A stretch of DNA of 24,000 nucleotides from Alkalihalobacillus sp. LMS39 (GCF_022812285.1 NZ_CP093300.1:4577171-4601170); one strand, 5' to 3'; numbered from the stretch's first letter, positions 1 to 10,170 are shown. The notes: generated from the sequence alone by a model not told the origin. Made by a program: numbers and translations.

Positions 1-13
1 TGTTGGTTATATA

Positions 14-1300
14 TTGCTACATCGCATATTTAAAAAGGAATTCATTTATCCTTATTTATTTATTGGTATTTGTTATTTTTATATGTTTTTATCTATGTCC
101 ATAAGCGGTGGTGGGATTGTCGCTGCGCTGATTACGTTTTTCATCCTTTTATTATCGGTTGTCCAGATGAATCGAAATGTACTAGTGATGGGCGGTGGAT
201 TAGGATTAATTTCACTAATCATCAATATATATTTCTCTAGTGAAAGCGGGCTAGCAGAAGTAGGAAGTTCTCTAATGTTACTTTATGTATTAAGTATTGT
301 TGTTTGTTCTGTCCTTGTGTATTTAAACAACCAACAAGGCAATAAACTCGAGCAATTTGTCTTACAAAGTCAAAATGATGTGATCGAAAAAGAACAACAA
401 AAACAAAAGCTTGAAGAAAGTGTTACTGGCATCATTGAACGTGTCACTGCGGTTAATGAACAACTTCAAGAAAACCTTGAATCACAACAACAAATTGCTA
501 TTGCTGTAAATGAAATGGCAACAGGTAGCGGAACACAAAGTGAGCAAATATCTGGCATTGCAACAAATGCATATGAAACAAGGACATTAATGGATGAATT
601 AGATGGTCATACAACACAATTAAAAGAGATTTCAGGTTCAGCTTATACAGTGTCTGTTGATGGGAACCAACAAGTTGTCGCTTTAACAACGAATATGGCT
701 GAGTTAGAAACAATAACTAAAGAATTGAATCGCATATTTGAACAATTAACAGAAAAAATCGCAGAAACCAATACATTTGCTGATAGCATTAAACAAATTA
801 CCGAGCAAACGAACTTGCTTGCTTTAAACGCTTCGATCGAAGCAGCGCGTGCAGGTGAGTCTGGTAAAGGTTTCGCTGTCGTTGCAAATGAAATTCGTAA
901 ATTAGCGGAAATGACAGGCAAAACGACAGAGAAAATTACAATGAATCTATCAGAATTAAACACAAACAATGGCTTAGCTGTCGATAAAATGACACAAAGC
1001 CAAACGAAATTCGCTGAAAATTTACAAGCAACAAACACAGTGACTGATTATTTTAAACAGCTTTCCAATCAGCTTGAGCAACTAAACACACGCTTTACAG
1101 ACTTCCAGCAGTTAGCGACTGTCGTTCGCGGGAACTCGGTCAATGTGGAGAGCTCCACTTCTGACTTAGCTGCAATCATTGAACAAGCATCTGCAAGCCT
1201 TGAAGAAATGAGTGCAACGATCGATTCATTAAATGACCAAAACAAACAAATCTCTGAATCGATGGGCGAAACAGCCGACATCGCTGTGAAAATTTTATAG
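14..1300 (+). CDS. Methyl-accepting chemotaxis protein (four N-terminal TM helices, no obvious extracytoplasmic sensor domain)
   Basis: 428-aa ORF. The N-terminal ~105 aa are four hydrophobic helices. They are followed by a coiled-coil signalling domain with the conserved MCP hairpin-tip motif [32 protein letters not shown]. The ORF-track start is a TTG at 14 and the frame stays open to the window edge, so the true start may lie upstream of the window. Confidence 0.85.
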   Translation: MLHRIFKKEFIYPYLFIGICYFYMFLSMSISGGGIVAALITFFILLLSVVQMNRNVLVMGGGLGLISLIINIYFSSESGLAEVGSSLMLLYVLSIVVCSVLVYLNNQQGNKLEQFVLQSQNDVIEKEQQKQKLEESVTGIIERVTAVNEQLQENLESQQQIAIAVNEMATGSGTQSEQISGIATNAYETRTLMDELDGHTTQLKEISGSAYTVSVDGNQQVVALTTNMAELETITKELNRIFEQLTEKIAETNTFADSIKQITEQTNLLALNASIEAARAGESGKGFAVVANEIRKLAEMTGKTTEKITMNLSELNTNNGLAVDKMTQSQTKFAENLQATNTVTDYFKQLSNQLEQLNTRFTDFQQLATVVRGNSVNVESSTSDLAAIIEQASASLEEMSATIDSLNDQNKQISESMGETADIAVKIL

Positions 1301-1316
1301 TAATTTGACGTTGCAT

Positions 1317-1516
1317 ATAGCGGAACTTGTCTATCGGACATACGTTCCGCTATTTTTGTTAAATAGGGCCTTTTTGAAAATCTTACGGACATCAGTTCCG
1401 TTATCTTATGAAATAGTATGGTTTCGTTGCTTTTTTTCGTCGTTTAACGGAACTGATGTCCGATAGCGTCTTATAAACGTTAATTTTTCATGAAATAGCG
1501 GAATACATGTCCGATA
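1317..1516. repeat. Structured intergenic repeat, copy A (185-bp core 1332..1516 plus an extra half-module 1317..1331)
   Basis: Modules start at 1332 (tatcggacatacgttccgctat), 1383 (ttacggacatcagttccgttat), 1444 (ttaacggaactgatgtccgata) and 1495 (atagcggaatacatgtccgata), giving spacing 51/61/51. It lies between the convergent MCP (stop 1300) and alaX-like (stop 1528) genes. Confidence 0.9.
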
Positions 1517-1527
1517 GAAACGCCACC

Positions 1528-2718
1528 TTATCCTTTTAATAGCATGCTCTCTAGTAACGCTTCTGGAGACAAAAGCTTCTCTCCGCCGCCTTGAGCCATC
1601 GTTTCACTTCCGCCACCTTTCCCATTAATCAATGGTAAAATGGACTTCATAAACTCTTTCATGTTCAGAGAAACATCTTCGCTCCTCGCACAAACGACTT
1701 GAAGTTTTTCTTCGGTTTCACTTATTAAGAAAACAACTACGTTATCTGACTTTTGCGTGATGCTTTTCGCTAGTTGTTGGAGCTCTTGCATTGGCCGCTG
1801 TTGATAGATTTGTTTTACGAGACGATGTCCACTCCAGTCGATGGATTGCTCGATTGCTTTTTCTAATTCTACTTGTAATAGTTCGCTTTTCAACTCGGCA
1901 ATTTCTTTCTCTAACGCTTTTTGTTGTTCAAACACGCGAGTCGCGGCGACCTCTAATTGTTCTTGCGGGGCACTGAATAATGAATTTAATCGTTGAATAA
2001 CTTCGTGTTTTTCATGTAATTGCTGCCGTACTCGATTTCCACAAATAAAATACACACGAGTTTGTTTCTTTTGCTTTTCCCAATGTAAAATCGTTATCGC
2101 ACTCACTTGTCCAGTTGAATTCGGATGAGTTCCCCCGCACCCGTTGTAATCAAAGTTCGGGATAACAACGAGACGAATATTTTCGCTTACGGCTAATGCC
2201 TTTCTTAATGGCAAATCACGGAGTTCTTCTTCTGTCACCCATCTCGTTTCAATTGGATGATTTTCTAGAATAACCTCGTTCGCCCTTTCCTCAACTTGCT
2301 TTGCTTCCGTCTCTGTTAAAGTTGGAATATCAAGGTCAATCGCACAAATCTCTTTTCCTAAATGAAAGCTCATTGTTTTATATCCAAACAACTCTTCAAA
2401 AGCCGCTGTTACAATATGTTGACCAGCATGCTGCTGCATATGGTCAAACCGCCGCTTCCAGTTGATTTCTCCAGTGCATTCTTTCACGTCTAGAGTTTCT
2501 TTCATATAATGACGAACTTCTTCTTCAACTTCCTCAACATCAACTACTTGGACTCCGTTTAGTTGCCCGGTATCATGAGGTTGTCCACCACCAGTCGGAT
2601 AAAAAGCTGTTTTATCTAACACCACATAATGGCCTTTTTCGTCTTGATTTTGTTCCACAATTTGGGCTGTAAATGTTTGTATGTATGGATCTTGATAATA
2701 TAATTTTTTAGTTTTCAC
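1528..2718 (-). CDS. alaX: Alanyl-tRNA editing protein, AlaX-L type (AlaRS editing domain + DHHA1-like C-terminus)
   Basis: It carries the zinc motifs of the AlaRS/ThrRS second additional (editing) domain, HxxxH (HAGQH) and CxxxH (CGGTH). The C-terminus has GKGGGS..MAQGGG, typical of the AlaRS C-terminal DHHA1 region. There is no aminoacylation domain. I prefer a GTG start at 2718 (AAGGGAG 7 nt upstream, N-terminus VKTKKLYYQDPY) over the ORF-track GTG at 2739. Confidence 0.85.
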   Translation of the reverse strand: MKTKKLYYQDPYIQTFTAQIVEQNQDEKGHYVVLDKTAFYPTGGGQPHDTGQLNGVQVVDVEEVEEEVRHYMKETLDVKECTGEINWKRRFDHMQQHAGQHIVTAAFEELFGYKTMSFHLGKEICAIDLDIPTLTETEAKQVEERANEVILENHPIETRWVTEEELRDLPLRKALAVSENIRLVVIPNFDYNGCGGTHPNSTGQVSAITILHWEKQKKQTRVYFICGNRVRQQLHEKHEVIQRLNSLFSAPQEQLEVAATRVFEQQKALEKEIAELKSELLQVELEKAIEQSIDWSGHRLVKQIYQQRPMQELQQLAKSITQKSDNVVVFLISETEEKLQVVCARSEDVSLNMKEFMKSILPLINGKGGGSETMAQGGGEKLLSPEALLESMLLKG

Positions 2719-2739
2719 TCTTGTTCTCCCTTCTGACAC

Positions 2740-2771
2740 AAAAAATGCTTACCTTTTCATTATAGGTAAGC
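2740..2771 (-). terminator. Rho-independent terminator after the XRE/SOR-like gene
   Basis: On the minus strand the stem is GCTTACC (2771..2765) / GGTAAGC (2753..2747), followed by ATTTTTT. The 11-nt loop contains TATAAT, which could double as the -10 of the alaX-like gene. Confidence 0.6.
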
Positions 2772-2793
2772 ACGTTCAGATTGAACAATATTA

Positions 2794-3408
2794 TTATGAA
2801 CTTTTCGCCAAACGACTTGGCTTTTTTATTTCCTTCATCCATAATCCATGTTGATTACAATACACATATAACCGGCCACTTGAAAATTTCGGAACCCGGA
2901 ATTCCGCATTTTGTTCAGGATAAAACGGGATAAACAGCATTTTATCACATGTAACATACGCCGCAAATGCGAGAAAGTGACTTTTACTCATTTCATGCTG
3001 AATGGAGATAAAATAATCTTGTTCAATTTCCTCAACATGGATTTTATGGATTGGGTCCTCTTTTTTCGCTGTTAATGAAGTTAGTTTCCTGCCACAACAA
3101 GCAATATCTGCTTGTGTTGAGCTTGTCATCGTATTGCCGCAGCTTGGACAAACATAGAATAAGATTCGTTTTAGATTTCCTTGATTTTTATCATTAAGCG
3201 CTAATTGTCCTTGAAGAATATTTTCAATATTGACTCCTAATAGGGCAGATAACTCCCCAAGTAACGATACATCTGGACACCCTAACCCACGTTCCCATTT
3301 TGAAATCGTTTTGTCACTAATTCCAATTGCATCGGCAATTTCCTTTTGCGTCATATTCTTTTCCTGCCGAAGCTGAAAAAGTAATTTCCCAATTTTACTG
3401 CAATCCAT
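2794..3408 (-). CDS. XRE-family HTH regulator fused to a desulforedoxin + superoxide-reductase-like (desulfoferrodoxin) module
   Basis: The N-terminus is KIGKLLFQLRQEKNMTQKEIADAIGISDKTISKWERG, a Cro/C1-type HTH. Next comes YVCPSCGN..(9)..ACCG, the desulforedoxin CxxCGN...CCG motif. After that come IHV, QHEMSKSHF and YCNQHGLW, which line up with the SOR centre II ligands (His, His-x5-His, Cys-x2-His). The start is placed at ATG 3408 (GGAGGTG 6 nt upstream). The ORF-track ATG at 3423 is part of that SD. Confidence 0.8.
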   Translation of the reverse strand: MDCSKIGKLLFQLRQEKNMTQKEIADAIGISDKTISKWERGLGCPDVSLLGELSALLGVNIENILQGQLALNDKNQGNLKRILFYVCPSCGNTMTSSTQADIACCGRKLTSLTAKKEDPIHKIHVEEIEQDYFISIQHEMSKSHFLAFAAYVTCDKMLFIPFYPEQNAEFRVPKFSSGRLYVYCNQHGLWMKEIKKPSRLAKSS

Positions 3409-3431
3409 TTCATTCACCTCCATGTAATGAA

Positions 3432-3460
3432 ATGATAGCAGTGGATGAGTGGATCCACAA
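3432..3460 (-). promoter_or_regulatory. Candidate sigma-A promoter of the XRE/SOR-like gene with an overlapping palindrome
   Basis: On the minus strand: TTGTGG (3460..3455), 17 nt, TATCAT (3437..3432). The perfect 10-bp palindrome GTGGATCCAC (3449..3458) overlaps the -35. A GTGGAT direct repeat starts at 3441 and 3449. Confidence 0.4.
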
Positions 3461-3490
3461 TAAACGATCCGTTGAGTATTAATTTAAGGA

Positions 3491-3952
3491 TTAACCTTCG
3501 ACTTTCGCAACACCTAAAGCTAAATGGTCCCAGAGAGTTTGTTCAACTTTCTCAACGAGAGCATCTGGACATTCAATGACAACAACAACTTCGGATGTTT
3601 TGCCTTTCACCTTAATTTTTCGTTTATGTATTACTTTAAAAATGATGTAATCAATCATAAATCCTATGAGAAACCCACTTGCCGCACCAATTAAGCCCCA
3701 ATAAATCGGACCCCATTCTAACACAAAACCAACACTAGCGCCGATGACGGAAAAAGCAGTAGCCAATACCGCTCCTTTATCAAATAAGCTCACCCCATCG
3801 GCACGGTGGAGTGTGTCAAACAATCGTCGTTCCTCCACCCGATTGAATAATGGAACGGCAAGGATATGGGATTTCTCCACACCTATTTTTTCTAACGACG
3901 TCAAGGCTAACTCTAAATAAGTGGTGTGCTCAAAAGTTGAAAAGATTTGCAA
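3491..3952 (-). CDS. Hypothetical membrane protein (soluble N- and C-terminal segments around a glycine-rich two-helix hairpin)
   Basis: 153-aa ORF with a TTG start at 3952 preceded by GAGGTGA 8 nt upstream. The stop of the upstream gene (3956) lies only 3 nt before this start, so the two are likely translationally coupled. The central hydrophobic stretch is GAVLATAFSVIGASVGFVLEWGPIYWGLIGAASGFLIGFMIDYIIF. I recognise no family. Confidence 0.6.
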   Translation of the reverse strand: MQIFSTFEHTTYLELALTSLEKIGVEKSHILAVPLFNRVEERRLFDTLHRADGVSLFDKGAVLATAFSVIGASVGFVLEWGPIYWGLIGAASGFLIGFMIDYIIFKVIHKRKIKVKGKTSEVVVVIECPDALVEKVEQTLWDHLALGVAKVEG

Positions 3953-3955
3953 TGG

Positions 3956-4747
3956 TTATGTCACCTCGTCCGAAAATCCTGAAAGTTTCACTTTGTGTTG
4001 TTGATATTTTTTTCTTAAAAACTTTCGTTGTTCACATTCAAATAGTTTATTGTTTTCTACTGTATTGACATAGGAATCATACATTGAAAAACCAACATGG
4101 GAAGGAATAAACAAAAGCCATTGTGGGTCAAGCTGTTGTGTTGCATAGGAAATGTTCCCTAGAAACAAATAATGAATCGCTAGCAAAATATTTGAAAAAT
4201 AAACAAAAACAATCATAAATATCATTGTAAATACCGCGGTTATAACACGGTGAATATATAATTGGCCTAATCCAGGAGTCAAAAGAGACCAAAGTACAGC
4301 CATCAACGGCCTTCTTTTATCTAAATAATTTATTTCCGCCGCTCCAATTGCATAAGTGTTAAATTCAGCATTCTCCCTTTCCGCCAACATATATACTTTA
4401 TTCATATCAACAGCTGTTCGATAACTATCCCAAATCGAAAAGAGGTACACGGGAATATAGAGCAACATCCACCGAGGTTCGAGTACATCCTTAGCCAAAT
4501 CAATTTTTCCTGTAAAAGAATACATCATAGCCAAATTCAAATTAGACATATTGTTAATCAAAATTTCCCACATAAAAAGGGCGTAACCCCTTAAATACTT
4601 GGATAAGAGAAGATGACCAAAGCCTGGAAAAGCAGCTGACCACCATGCGATTATATATGGATTTCGGAGATGTAGCTGTGTCGTTCCTATTGTACTAACA
4701 TACGCTTTAAACCTACGTTCTTTGTTTGTCGGAGTGAAATTCTGCAT
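3956..4747 (-). CDS. Hypothetical multi-pass membrane protein with an internal two-fold duplication
   Basis: 263-aa ORF with GAGGA 7 nt upstream of ATG 4747. The two halves share W-S-x2-(F/T)PG(F/L)G(H/Q)L ... (P/D)(R/Q)W(M/L)L(L/F) .. IP ... (W/Y)DSY(R/V)(T/N)(A/T)V(D/E)(M/N)NK. Confidence 0.7.
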   Translation of the reverse strand: MQNFTPTNKERRFKAYVSTIGTTQLHLRNPYIIAWWSAAFPGFGHLLLSKYLRGYALFMWEILINNMSNLNLAMMYSFTGKIDLAKDVLEPRWMLLYIPVYLFSIWDSYRTAVDMNKVYMLAERENAEFNTYAIGAAEINYLDKRRPLMAVLWSLLTPGLGQLYIHRVITAVFTMIFMIVFVYFSNILLAIHYLFLGNISYATQQLDPQWLLFIPSHVGFSMYDSYVNTVENNKLFECEQRKFLRKKYQQHKVKLSGFSDEVT

Positions 4748-4827
4748 TGTAGTATCCTCGACTTTTTTGTTTTACCTTTTTAAGTTTTACTAATATTGGA
4801 TTTATATTCTTACATTTAGAAAAGTCT

Positions 4828-4869
4828 AAAAACAAAAACCATCCTAGGCACCTGAAGTACTTAGAATGG
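4828..4869 (-). terminator. Rho-independent terminator
   Basis: On the minus strand the stem is CCATTCTAAG (4869..4860) / CCTAGGATGG (4848..4839), with one G-U pair and one mismatch. It is followed by TTTTTGTTTTT (4838..4828). Confidence 0.6.
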
Positions 4870-4883
4870 TCTTCTACTCTTAG

Positions 4884-5015
4884 CTAAATCGAGAGTTCAA
4901 CAACAAACAAAAACATAGTAACCGAAACCAGTTCGACAGCTTCCCCATATTCATCGGCCATATATCCTATGACGATCAGCGATAAAAACAGGTTGTAGAA
5001 ATAATACCATGTCAT
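4884..5015 (-). CDS. Possible 43-aa hydrophobic peptide (below the ORF-track cutoff)
   Basis: My own translation is MTWYYFYNLFLSLIVIGYMADEYGEAVELVSVTMFLFVVELSI*. The ATG lies 5 nt after the stop of the upstream ORF. The terminator at 4828..4869 follows its stop after 14 nt. There is no convincing SD. Confidence 0.3.
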   Translation of the reverse strand: MTWYYFYNLFLSLIVIGYMADEYGEAVELVSVTMFLFVVELSI

Positions 5016-5020
5016 TCGTT

Positions 5021-5365
5021 TCAACGAGCATTTAGATTTTCACGCTTTTTTCGCTTTTTATTAGATTTCATTTTTAAAACAAACTGACATAGAAATGCCG
5101 ATAATATACCCACCCAAAGGAGAACCTGACTCGTGAATAAAGAAATATCCTTTAAGTTATACGCCATACTGTCTATTAATAAGAGAGTTAACAAAATGTA
5201 AAACGCGAATATGCAACTTTTCCTCCATAGAACAGCATCACGCTTTGATTCTTCTTTAAAAAATATACCCACAACAACACCTGCTTCTTTCTCAGTTTTC
5301 ACACAACATGAACTGTCGTTACTCATTAGGGACATAGTATCATAGTGACCAGTAGTTGGATACAT
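5021..5365 (-). CDS. Hypothetical small membrane protein with a lysine/arginine-rich C-terminus
   Basis: The ORF track gives 5021..5410, but its first 15 codons approach or overlap repeat copy B. ATG 5365 has AGAGGT about 10 nt upstream. There are two clear TM helices (CIFAFYILLTLLLIDSMAY and VLLWVGILSAFLCQFVL) and a KSNKKRKKRE tail. The start is uncertain. Confidence 0.5.
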   Translation of the reverse strand: MYPTTGHYDTMSLMSNDSSCCVKTEKEAGVVVGIFFKEESKRDAVLWRKSCIFAFYILLTLLLIDSMAYNLKDISLFTSQVLLWVGILSAFLCQFVLKMKSNKKRKKRENLNAR

Positions 5366-5409
5366 TAAAAACGATACCTCTAGACGTACAGCTAATTGTC
5401 TCAGATTCA

Positions 5410-5592
5410 AACGGACATGTGTTCCGCTATTTTATCTAAAATAGCGTTTTTACAATTTCTATCGGACATCTGTTCCGTTAATCTAGTATTTTCGCCCGCG
5501 CTAACTCCAGAAAAGAGGAGAATAGCGGAACACATGTCCGATAAAAATGAAAAACACCTATATTCCGCTATATAACGGAATAGATGTCCGAA
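5410..5592. repeat. Structured intergenic repeat, copy B
   Basis: Modules are aacggacatgtgttccgctat (5410), tatcggacatctgttccgtta (5460), aatagcggaacacatgtccgata (5521) and ataacggaatagatgtccgaa (5572). I estimate about 85% identity to copy C by eye over the whole length. It lies downstream of the bglH terminator. Confidence 0.9.
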
Positions 5593-5614
5593 CAGTTGCC
5601 CCCTCCCCCTCCAC

Positions 5615-5650
5615 AAAAAAATCCCCTACGCACATCATGTACGTAGGGGG
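5615..5650 (-). terminator. Rho-independent terminator of the bgl operon
   Basis: On the minus strand: CCCCTACG (5649..5642), an 11-nt loop, CGTAGGGG (5630..5623), then A and TTTTTTT (5621..5615). It starts 9 nt after the bglH stop. Confidence 0.8.
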
Positions 5651-5658
5651 AACTTCTT

Positions 5659-7125
<1,467 letters not shown>

Positions 7126-7136
7126 TCATTTTATGA

Positions 7137-7159
7137 AAAGGGGGAGAGCCCCCCAAAAC
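7137..7159 (-). terminator. Short GC hairpin with flanking T-runs between bglP and bglH (possible partial terminator or processing site)
   Basis: The minus strand reads TTTT GGGGGG CTCT CCCCC TTTT. That is five G-C pairs plus a tetraloop. It lies within the 66-nt bglP-bglH spacer. Confidence 0.3.
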
Positions 7160-7167
7160 ACACGTAA

Positions 7168-9039
<1,872 letters not shown>

Positions 9040-9064
9040 TTAGTAGTTTTTGTTTCGTTCAATG

Positions 9065-9129
9065 AAAAAAACCTAAATTGAGCCTATTGTTTAAGCTCAA
9101 TTTAGGTTTTGCCTGATTCGTCACAATCC
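9065..9129 (-). promoter_or_regulatory. RAT (ribonucleic antiterminator) overlapping an intrinsic terminator, upstream of bglP
   Basis: The minus-strand RAT is GGATTGTGACGAATCAGGCAAAACCTAAA (9129..9101), matching the B. subtilis BglG/SacY-family RAT consensus GGATTGTTACTG..CAGGCAAAACC. The terminator stem is AACCTAAATTGAGC (9108..9095) / GCTCAATTTAGGTT (9083..9070), followed by a T-run. The 3' end of the RAT overlaps the 5' arm of the terminator. Confidence 0.85.
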
Positions 9130-9141
9130 TAAATGTGTATT

Positions 9142-9972
9142 TTATTTTTTTACAACTCTTTCAATATGAATCGTTAAATATAAAAGCTCTTCTTCTGTTA
9201 ATTCATAATCATATTGTTTTTCTACGAACTTTTTAATTTTTTGCGAACACTTATGCGCTTCTGGGTATTTGCCTTTAATAACATTTAACAAGTCATCACC
9301 TTGCTCATTTTGATAATGATTTCCCTTTACGAGACGCTGCGCAAAAAATTTCAAATGGGTAATAAAACGATAATAATTTAATGAAGTTTCATCAAACTCA
9401 ATTTTAAAATGATATTTCACAACCGTTAAAATATCTTGAATGACCTTTGTCATATCAACAATATTATGCATATCCTCATTTAATTGAGCATTCACAAGAT
9501 GTAGGGCAATAAACCCGGCCTCATCTTCAGGAAGAATAACGTTAAATTGGTCAAATATCATATTTAACGCTTCAATGCCAATCTCAAACTCTTCTTTATA
9601 CAGCTGCTTCGTTTCCCAAAGCAATCCATTTTTCACGGGAATGTTTTTATTATGCCGTTCTACCGCAAAATGAAGATGGTCTGTAAGCGAAATGTAAATG
9701 CTATCATTTAACTTCTTGCCTAATTCAAGCTTAGCATAATTAATGATTCTCTCCGATAATTCCATATATTCTAGAGGAATATCCGCAATCAACGTCTTAA
9801 ACTTTTTTGTGATGTCCTTGTCTTCTAACGTGAAGATTTTATCAATTTGTTCATTTGCCACTTCATCCCCAGCTCGCTTTTGAAAGGCAATGCCTCGCCC
9901 CATCACGATAACTTCCTGGTCATCTTTATTTGAAACAATGACATTATTATTTAAAATTTTGACAATCTTCAC
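9142..9972 (-). CDS. licT: BglG/LicT-family transcription antiterminator (CAT RNA-binding domain + two PRDs)
   Basis: The N-terminus VKIVKILNNNVIV...GRGIAFQK is the CAT domain, followed by two PRD repeats. The start is GTG 9972 with GGAGGTG 6 nt upstream. The ORF-track extension to 10098 runs through the leader RAT/terminator and is rejected. Confidence 0.9.
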   Translation of the reverse strand: MKIVKILNNNVIVSNKDDQEVIVMGRGIAFQKRAGDEVANEQIDKIFTLEDKDITKKFKTLIADIPLEYMELSERIINYAKLELGKKLNDSIYISLTDHLHFAVERHNKNIPVKNGLLWETKQLYKEEFEIGIEALNMIFDQFNVILPEDEAGFIALHLVNAQLNEDMHNIVDMTKVIQDILTVVKYHFKIEFDETSLNYYRFITHLKFFAQRLVKGNHYQNEQGDDLLNVIKGKYPEAHKCSQKIKKFVEKQYDYELTEEELLYLTIHIERVVKK

Positions 9973-9998
9973 TTGAAACACCTCCACCACAATCATAT

Positions 9999-10064
9999 AA
10001 AAAGGCAAAACCATATACTTGTGTAGCAAGTAATCGGTTTTGCCTGATTTAACAGTTACAATCC
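9999..10064 (-). promoter_or_regulatory. RAT overlapping an intrinsic terminator in the licT leader
   Basis: The minus-strand RAT is GGATTGTAACTGTTAAATCAGGCAAAACC (10064..10036). The terminator is GGCAAAACC (10044..10036) / GGTTTTGCC (10012..10004), followed by TTTTT (10003..9999). Confidence 0.85.
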
Positions 10065-10086
10065 GTTCATGTATGCGCTTTTTTTC

Positions 10087-10115
10087 ATCATACAACACGT
10101 TTTTTTAATTTGCAA
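10087..10115 (-). promoter_or_regulatory. Candidate sigma-A promoter of the licT-bglPH operon
   Basis: On the minus strand: TTGCAA (10115..10110), a 17-nt spacer, TATGAT (10092..10087). It sits about 20 nt upstream of the leader RAT. Confidence 0.6.
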
Positions 10116-10170
10116 CCGTTTTAGGTTTAAAATTTTTGTCCAATTAATGGATGGGGGAGTGCGAGTTGTT

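Noticed and set aside
1069-1392. ORF-track reading frames run through the repeat copies (1069..1392 -, 5407..5616 -, 5568..5792 -), giving recurring peptides such as IAE(R/H)MSD.
   Set aside because: The recurring peptide only reflects the repeated DNA. The frames lack ribosome-binding sites, overlap real genes or terminators, and differ in frame and extent between copies.
3409-3423. The ORF track uses ATG 3423 as the start of the XRE/SOR-like gene.
   Set aside because: That ATG is embedded in the ATGGAGGTG Shine-Dalgarno sequence that serves the ATG at 3408. The shorter form is preferred.
5410-5592. The regularly spaced ~22-bp repeats could be read as a small CRISPR array.
   Set aside because: The modules switch orientation within each cluster (two forward, two reverse). 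There are exactly four per cluster. The spacers are partly conserved between clusters. The clusters are dispersed at five loci, and no cas genes are present. This is a dispersed structured repeat, not a CRISPR array.
9973-10098. The ORF track gives the LicT ORF a 42-aa N-terminal extension (start at 10098).
   Set aside because: The extension would be translated through the leader RAT and terminator. A GTG with a GGAGGTG SD at 9972 gives the canonical CAT-domain N-terminus (V/M)KIVKILNNNV.
10108-10121. A possible cre box (TGCAACCGTTTTAG) overlaps the licT -35.
   Set aside because: It has about three mismatches to TGWAANCGNTNWCA, including the terminal CA. That is too weak to call without binding data.
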